A stretch of 24,706 bases of DNA from positions 307,595 to 332,300 of the IMG/VR virus record IMGVR_UViG_3300033405_000002; one strand, written 5' to 3'. This DNA comes from a virus (taxonomy: Duplodnaviria > Heunggongvirae > Uroviricota > Caudoviricetes). Below the pieces are notes generated by a model, which saw only the letters and a program-made list of their open reading frames with translations, was not told where the DNA came from and made no database searches. Shown piece after piece: positions 1 to 7,500 of this stretch. Position 1 is the stretch's first letter; each line of letters starts with the position of its first letter. The translations under genes and the position numbers were made by a program.

Positions 1-1560
1 CTGCTCGGTGTCATAGACGTAGCTGAAGCCCATCTTGTCCCAGAAATCCCCAGCCGCGTCCGCCGCGAACAGGCGGACTAGCTTGATGTCCTTGGGGAGC
101 TTGCTTTCCCACTCCATGTAGTATTTTCTGCCAAGCCCCTTACCTTTGTCCTTGACTTCGAACCAGTCAACCCAGATCACATCGCCGGATCGGTGCGCTT
201 CCATTGTGTAGGGTGCCGCGCCCTGCTTACGCTTGATGTTTAACGCACGCTCAATCTGTCTGCGGGAAGCATCGAACAGCTTGTGCATCCCCGGATGATA
301 ATCGCCGGGGTTCTCCTGCATATCCTTCAGCACTTCGGCATACGGCATCCACGCGATGTGGTCGGTTTCCCAGCCGTGTCCTTCGCCGGGGTTGAATCCA
401 AACTCGTTCGGCACCACCCCTACGAAGTTGTGGTATTTGAACTTACCGGAACTGAACACGTATGCGGGGATGAGCGTAATGTTACCGTGGTAACCCGTCT
501 CTTCCGCCATCTCTACCTTGGCGCTTTGCTGCGGCTGCATCCCTTTTTGAACTGCGCCGCCGATAGTGCCCCAGCAGTTGCCTTGCATCACGTCTGCGGA
601 GCGCCACGCCAGACACACATTGCCTGTGGTTGGGCACACCGGGAGTACGCCGGACGCCGCGTTGCCCTCCCCCGCCCAGAACTCTTCACCTTCTTCGCCT
701 TCCATTACGCGGTCTGCTGTTACTGTCTTCCCCGATAGGTCAAGCAAGTTTTTCGAGCTTGGGCGTTTGTCTCCGGTCATGCTGCGCACTTGGCTCTCGT
801 TGAACACAATGTAAGCGGCGGTGGATGGGAACTCTTCTACACTGATGGATTCCAGTTGAACGATGCCATCGTAGCCTTTGGACTCCAGCGCCTTGCGGGT
901 CTCATCGGGAAATGTGCGAACCCAGCGCCAGAACGGATTTGGATGCGTGCGCTTGACGTAATCCTGTCCCTGTGGTTCGATCTCTTCTTCCGTTGTGCCG
1001 ATGGCTTCCGCGAATTCTTCAAACGTCATCGGGTCTTCAAACCGCCTAGCGTCGAACGGTTTGTTAAAGCGAATATACGCCGGATAAACCCCGCTTCCTG
1101 ACCTGTACTCCCCGCCGCGAGTGGTGAAGTAGTCCGCGTAGGATGTATCGTCAGTGAAGTAGATCATTCCCGCTGACTCTACGTCACCCTTGAGCTTCTT
1201 GAACCCCGCTTTCGTTGTGCCGTGATACACAGGGCCAATCCATTTGGCTGCGACCTTGCTGGTCTCATACTTGATGAATTGCTTCGGACTCCAGAACACC
1301 TTGTAGTGGTCTTTGTACTTTTTCGTGGCACTGCACGAAGACTGACCGGGGTCTTCAATCTTCACGATGACCGCTTCTGCTACAGGCTTTTTGTCGAACG
1401 TGAAGACGATCTTTTCATTGCGGAATGCTCGTGGTCTGACAGTGAACGCCCAGAATTCAAGCTTGGCATTCGGCCGATTCCAGAATGTCTTGCGGCGAGA
1501 CTCCGGCACTTCGATGCGGAATAGCAACGGTGCTGGCGAAATTGTCTGCTTCTCAGGCAT
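1..1560 (-). CDS. Second polyvalent protein, 3'-truncated by the window edge (>=520 aa): unknown N-terminal domain + ART-PolyVal-like ADP-ribosyltransferase + Nudix hydrolase + GNAT acetyltransferase
   Basis: Not in the ORF track because no stop lies inside the window. Translated by hand from ATG 1560 (MPEKQTISPAPLLFRIEV...), which overlaps the TGA of the giant ORF (ATGCCTGA), and open to base 1. ART motifs: VYHGT, IYFTDD, VYPAYIRFNKPF, GYDGI, YIVFNESQVRS (~781-1240). Nudix-like box: WGTIGGAVQKGMQPQQSAKVEMAEETGY, then HPG (~250-680). GNAT motifs: KGKGLGRKY and FWDKMGF (~1-215). Confidence 0.88.
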   Translation of the reverse strand, partial: MPEKQTISPAPLLFRIEVPESRRKTFWNRPNAKLEFWAFTVRPRAFRNEKIVFTFDKKPVAEAVIVKIEDPGQSSCSATKKYKDHYKVFWSPKQFIKYETSKVAAKWIGPVYHGTTKAGFKKLKGDVESAGMIYFTDDTSYADYFTTRGGEYRSGSGVYPAYIRFNKPFDARRFEDPMTFEEFAEAIGTTEEEIEPQGQDYVKRTHPNPFWRWVRTFPDETRKALESKGYDGIVQLESISVEEFPSTAAYIVFNESQVRSMTGDKRPSSKNLLDLSGKTVTADRVMEGEEGEEFWAGEGNAASGVLPVCPTTGNVCLAWRSADVMQGNCWGTIGGAVQKGMQPQQSAKVEMAEETGYHGNITLIPAYVFSSGKFKYHNFVGVVPNEFGFNPGEGHGWETDHIAWMPYAEVLKDMQENPGDYHPGMHKLFDASRRQIERALNIKRKQGAAPYTMEAHRSGDVIWVDWFEVKDKGKGLGRKYYMEWESKLPKDIKLVRLFAADAAGDFWDKMGFSYVYDTEQ

Positions 1561-4500
1561 TCTGTTTCAGTTCCTTAATCATCTTGACTTGATTCGGCTT
1601 GAAAACGATGGCGTCAAAACTGCCGTCTTCGTCGTTCAGAATTACGCCGTCATAGTCACGCTTCAATTCCCCAAGAGAATATTTTTCGTATTCGGGCCAG
1701 CCCGCAGGCTTCTGGATGTTGATGTACATCGGCAGAATATGCTTGCTACTGGTCGCCCCGGACTCCCCGCGTTCGATCTTGCTTCGGTCAGACGTAACCC
1801 AGAAAACACCTTGCGCTCCCCGGCCCATGTCCACGCGGGTAAACGGTTCGTTTGTGCCATGATACACCACTTGCTGCACAACCGAGTTCGGGAACGGCTT
1901 TACCGCCGCTGTCTGTCCCTTTGCCAGCCCTTCGCCTACGAGCTTTACCGCTGCGCCCGTGTACGTGCGCCACTCGCCTAGGGCCGATTCCTGCGTCCCC
2001 ATAGCCCCCGGCACAGGCTTGAAGTGCAGGATGGCAATCTCGGACTCAGGCGTCTTGCCCAAAGCCTCTGGATCGCTCATGAAATACAACGGATCAAGCC
2101 CCCCGCCAGCCTGCTCACGGAAGAAGCTCCACTTCTTGAAGAAGTCAAAAATCGCTTCTTGCCGCTCTTTGGGTGTCAAGTCCCGCTCCCAATTAGAGTA
2201 ATACTCGTTGCCATCGCCGCCTGTCCAGTGATAGCTCCACGGGGCAGGACGCCAGTTCCCCGGCTTGGTTCTAAGCGTTCCTTGGTCAGCCCATCCCTCT
2301 TGTGGTGGTCTTCCCATGGACTGCTCCCACGTGACTCCGCGTTTGAGCGCATCAACCATCTTGTCTCCAAAGTCCTTAGTCCCGCTCGAACCACCAAGAG
2401 ACTTGAGAATGTCGTTGATCCACGGGCGGTTGGCTCCCTCGCCTTTGGTCGCGGTCTCGATCAGGTCATCAAGCGTCATTTCACCAGCCGCCACTCTGCG
2501 AGCGATCAGCAGGTTTTCATAGATGCCTCTGGCGATCTCAGGATCAGCCGTGAAACTGATGGCTTGCTCTGTGCCGCCGCCAAGCCCAGTCCCGCTGCCC
2601 ATGTTCATCTCTTGCCGCGTCTTCAATCCTTCCGCGAGCACCTTGCTCTTCGCTGTTGTGACATGGTAAAGATCGGGCGGCAACGGCTTGAACTTTTCCG
2701 TGTCGTATGCACCGCGTGCTTTCGCTTCTTGCGGTGTGAGTTTACCAAGGCTCACCGCCCCAAGAGCGTTCTGCTGCCATACTCTCTTTCTGCGGTAGCG
2801 TTCTTTTGCTTCTTCTTCGGTCTCTTCTGGCGTCCAGTCTTTCGCTGCGTACTCCCGTTCGCTCATTTCCCACGGTTCGGCTGCCTTTTTGTTCAGTAGA
2901 TGACTCTTGCGCTTCTTCTTTTTCTTAGGCGCGGGCTTCTTTTTGATTGGATTGCCCTTCTCGTCAACTTCTACACCCCCCGGCCCCAGCTTTGGCCCTT
3001 TGTAGTTGGGGTTGTGTCCCCACCCTGTGATCTTGCCATTTGTGCGCACCGGGATAAGGTCAGGGCGCTTCTTTGCTTCAGCTTCTAGCTCGGCTTGATG
3101 TTTTGCTTCATCTTCTGGTGATTTCGGTTGACCAAATGACTGCTTGATCTCTTCCATGAAACCTTCTTGATCCCAGCCGTCCCAACCGTAGTGTGGCTCT
3201 TCAACATTCAACGCCGAAGTGCCGCTGTAGTAGCCGTACTCATTTTCTTCAATCTGCTCCCAATTGCTGCCGCTATCCGCCAGCTTAGCAGCAGATGTGT
3301 TCGGGAAGTATTCTGTGACAGGCGAGTCCCACACAGGGGAAACTTTCCCGGTCTTGGGGTCTGTGTATGTCTTGTAAGCAACCGCTGAACCCAAGCGGTT
3401 ATTGTCGTCACTCCCCATGTTTTCAATGGCTGATGTAAGCGCCTCGTACATCTCTTTCTCAGCACCGTAACGGCGTCCGGTCTCAACCGCACGAGTCAGG
3501 TCTTGCTCCACATCATCCAAGCTCATCTCGGAGATGGCGTCCCCAAGATTGCTGTTGTCCAACTCCGTGTCGTATTCTTTTTCCCATGCTTTAACTTCCT
3601 CTGGGTAAGTTACGCGAATGTAGTTGCGCACCATTTCTTCGCCAGCGGTATCAAGGTTTTCAATGGCGTCTGACAGTGAGATGCCTTCGTAATAATCTAG
3701 GTTTTCATCGCCGGAGAAAACCCTACCAATCCACTTCGCCGTGTCGTTGCCAGTTTCTTGAACGAAGTCGTCCAGTGATTTGTACGTGTTGATTTCCCAA
3801 CCACCTAACTTCGTACTGTGGCTGTAGTCCCACTCCAGAGTCTCGTCAACGCGACGCACCCACTCTTCTGTTGGGCCGAACTTCGCCAGATACATTTCAG
3901 CGTTCAAGAGTCCGGGCTTGGCTGCTGTGAGTCTTTCCTGCTCTTCTTTTGGCAAATCCGCAAGACTGAAGTTGCGCTCCGGCGCATAGCCGCCGCCACG
4001 AATTCCCTTGATGCGTGGGTCTTCGAGAAGCGGAATGATGTACTTGTGGTACGCCGCCGTGGGCTTATTGTTCGCCTTGCCCTTCATTTCCCCAAGCTGT
4101 CCGTTTGGTTCGAGAATGAAGGTAAGATGCGGCTCCCACCATGTTTCCTTGCCTACCTTCGATGGCTTGCGCAGGCTTAGGATACGCTCATCAGGGCGAT
4201 CCTGACCAACCACGTTTCCGCAGTGACCCATGGCGCGTGCTTCTTCTGAGCAGTAAGCACGTGACAACTTCCACCACGCCCAACCATCTTGAAACTGAAG
4301 GAACACGGTATCAACTTCCGGTTGTTCGCCTCTTTCAGCGATTTCATCTTCAAGTTTTTTGATTTCTTCCTGAAGACGTTCGGCTTTCTCTGTATCTCCC
4401 CGCGACAGATGATATTCTACATTCTGACGCATTCTTTGTATTCTTTGCGCGTCTTCCGAAGTCCAAACTGGCTCAAGGTTCGGCTTCAACTTTCCTTTGA

Positions 4501-7500
4501 TGTCCTCGCCCCACTCTTTTTCATAGTTCTCAAATTCAGTGACGAGTGCTTCTGGCGTTTGTTTGTCCCAGACCGTATTCTGAATCTTGGCAACAGGCAG
4601 ACTCATAAGGTGCTGCATCTTGGTGTGCATCCCCTTGTACCAATCCGGCCTCTTGTGTGGGATACCCATCATGTCACGACCCGTGCGATTGCCTAGGGCT
4701 TTCTCTTCCCCTTGCAGGTAACGCATCGCCATGTCAGCCTTTTGCTGCGCTTCAGTTGCACTCTGCTCATTCTGCTGGTGCTCCGCGCCGCCTAATTCGG
4801 TGTACAGCTTGGCTTCTTCCTGTTTTACCCGTGCTTGCTGCTGTAGGTTCTCTACGATAACACCGAGTAAGGCTAGTCTGTACCAGCGCAACCACCAGAC
4901 AATGCGATCCTGCTTCTTCAAGTCTTTCTTTGCCCACGCGATTTCTTGCTTCACGTCAGCCGCAGTCAGTCCACCTTTCGGGGTGAGTTCAAGGATGTTC
5001 TTGAACATTTCGTCGTAGTTTACTGCTTCGATGTGGAACGAGCTTGTCATCTGAAGCTCGGCTTCGCCTTCAGCGGGCGGTGTCTGCTCGGAGCGTCCCG
5101 TAGGAAGCGCAGGGTTCATCGGTTTCGGTTCTTTGCCAAGGCTCTCGTGAAGTACCTGCGTCTCCAGCATGAATGGATCACTTTTGAGTGTCTTGGTAGT
5201 ACCTGTGGCTTCGGAATCCAGCAGATGATCGGAGTGACGGACTTCGTTCTGGGCTTCAGCGAAAACAGCCGTGATAACCCCGCGATTCAACAGCGAGTTA
5301 CGGAACTTGCCGCCGCGCTCGGTTGTGCCACTGCTACGGATTGGCTCGCCGGGAAATTCCTTCTTGATCTTCTCGTACATCATCGTGCCTACGCCTACCC
5401 TGCGATAGCGTGGGGCGACGTAGACGTACTTGATGTGGACTTCGCGTGGAATCTCGCCCACTTGCTCCCAATACTTTCCGCCGTACTCATCTTCCATCTC
5501 TTTGTACTGGTTCGGGTCGCTCGTATCGTCATCCTCAAGTTCGCTGAAAGACACATATCCAATCGGCTTGCCGTGCAACCATGCACCCACTTCAGCGGAT
5601 AACTCTCCCCGGTGTGAATCCATCACTTCGTAAGTGATCTCAACGTCCTTGACTTCTTCCCTGATCTTGGCGATCTCTTCGTCGGTGCGGGCGATGTCTT
5701 CTTCCGGGAGTTCCGCCGCCGTCACAGAAACTTCTCCGAATAAGTTTTTGTCAGCCTTACCCATAACGCGACCCGTCTTCTGGTTGATGACGCGACCACA
5801 ACGGTCACAGCGGATGTAATGTCCATCCCAATCATCGTAATCGTCAATGTACTTGCCGAACTGGTCGCACCAGTAGAAGCCTTCTTTATGTGGCTCGTTC
5901 CCGCAGATGCACTTAATCTGGTCTGTAGCGGAGTCTTGCACGCGCTCAGCAGCCGTGAACATCTGGGGTGCAAGTTCTTCGAGTGACGGAAGTTCGTAAA
6001 TGCCTTTCACACGCTCGTAAGTGTCCGCGTAGGCGTTTGTCTCCATGCCTTGTTCTGGGTTTTCATACTGCGTGTCCGAGAATGGCGTCTCTTTGTGGGA
6101 GTCTGATGTTTTACCAGCCGCAGCGCCTTGTGCTTTCGCCGCTTGCACTGTACGCCGTGCCGCGACAATGAAAGCATGGAGGTCGGGTAGGTAGCCTTTT
6201 CCTTCACACTCTGTGCAAGTTGCCCTACCTGTTCCTCCGCATTCTTCACAAGTCCAACCCCCACTGCCTTCGCAGTTGGGGCACTCAATACTACCACTGG
6301 AGTCTTCACAATCTGGACAGGGGCGAGTTCCGCTGCCGTCACACGACGAGCACTCTTCTTCGTTTCCTTCGTCGTCTGTAAGCTGACCGGAGCCATCGCA
6401 TTTTTCGCAGCTTAGCTCTCCCGCACCTTCGCAAGTGTCGCAATCTTCCGAGCCGCGTCCAGAACAATAGTCGCATTCAACAGTGCCGTCGTCGCAACTG
6501 CACGTGTCCCCACCGCTCCCGCCACAGTCTTCACATTGTGCTTTGCCATCGTCAACAGCTTCTTCAGCGATAGGTAAGAACAGTTCAGCGAGCTTAGGGT
6601 GCGCTGGTAGGAATGTACCCGGCACAATTTCCACATCCTGTTCGTCCATGAACTGCGCAGACGGGAAGTGAAACTGATAACGTCTGTTTTCCGCCTTGAA
6701 CAATATGATGTACAACGGCCCATCTTCAGCATAGTTCTGGAAGTGGTTCATGCCTTCAGACGCAGCAGTACACCACTTTGTGTTAATGCCGAAATAGATG
6801 GCGGCTTCTTCCGTATTCGGGATGATGATCTTGATGTTCCCATCGTCGTAAAACAGCGTGGCTTTGCCTTCGGTGAAGAGTTGCTTTTCTCTCTCCGCTT
6901 TCTTCTTACGCTCGGATTCAGCAACGACTTCAGCGTACTTTTCAATCACTTGTGTTAATTGCGCTGCACCCTTGATCCGCCCAATGTCACGCTCGCTCGC
7001 GTCAAGGTATTTTCCCTTTTTGAGATCGTTGAAGCGAACCAATAGTGGGGCGATCTTCTGCGGGATTTCTTTGAACGCCCCGATGTCTCCGCGTGCGTAG
7101 TTCCCTGTCAGCCAAGCCGTATACTCAAAGTTGGCAGTCGGATCAGATTTCTTTAGCTCGTTGATGATCTTTTCAGGCAGATCGACGCCAGCATCCACGG
7201 GCTGCGTCACCCCTAGATCGGCAAAGTATCTAGCCACTAGCTTTTGTCCAAAGTCCTGCACTAAGCGTGGGATGTTGAGCGCGATGATGCGGAACGCGGC
7301 GTGCTTGCTCTTCGGTGCGCCACAGTCAGGGCATGGCGCGTCCGGCGATTCCTCTCCAGCAACAACTGCTGTTGTCTGGTACGGGGCACCAACAGACACA
7401 AAACTGCCATTATGTAGAACGTCAAACATAACCGACCGCTTGCGTCCCTTGTATTCTTCCCAACCCGCTTGCTGTTCTTCGTAGTTGCCCCAAAGCGACG

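Noticed and set aside
1553-1560. Possible frameshift or readthrough joining the two polyvalent ORFs
   Set aside because: The overlap has a normal ATG 8 nt into the upstream gene end and no obvious slippery heptamer, so translational coupling is sufficient.
6194-6535. dnaJ gene call
   Set aside because: No J-domain HPD motif or G/F region. Only the Zn repeats are present, inside a larger protein.
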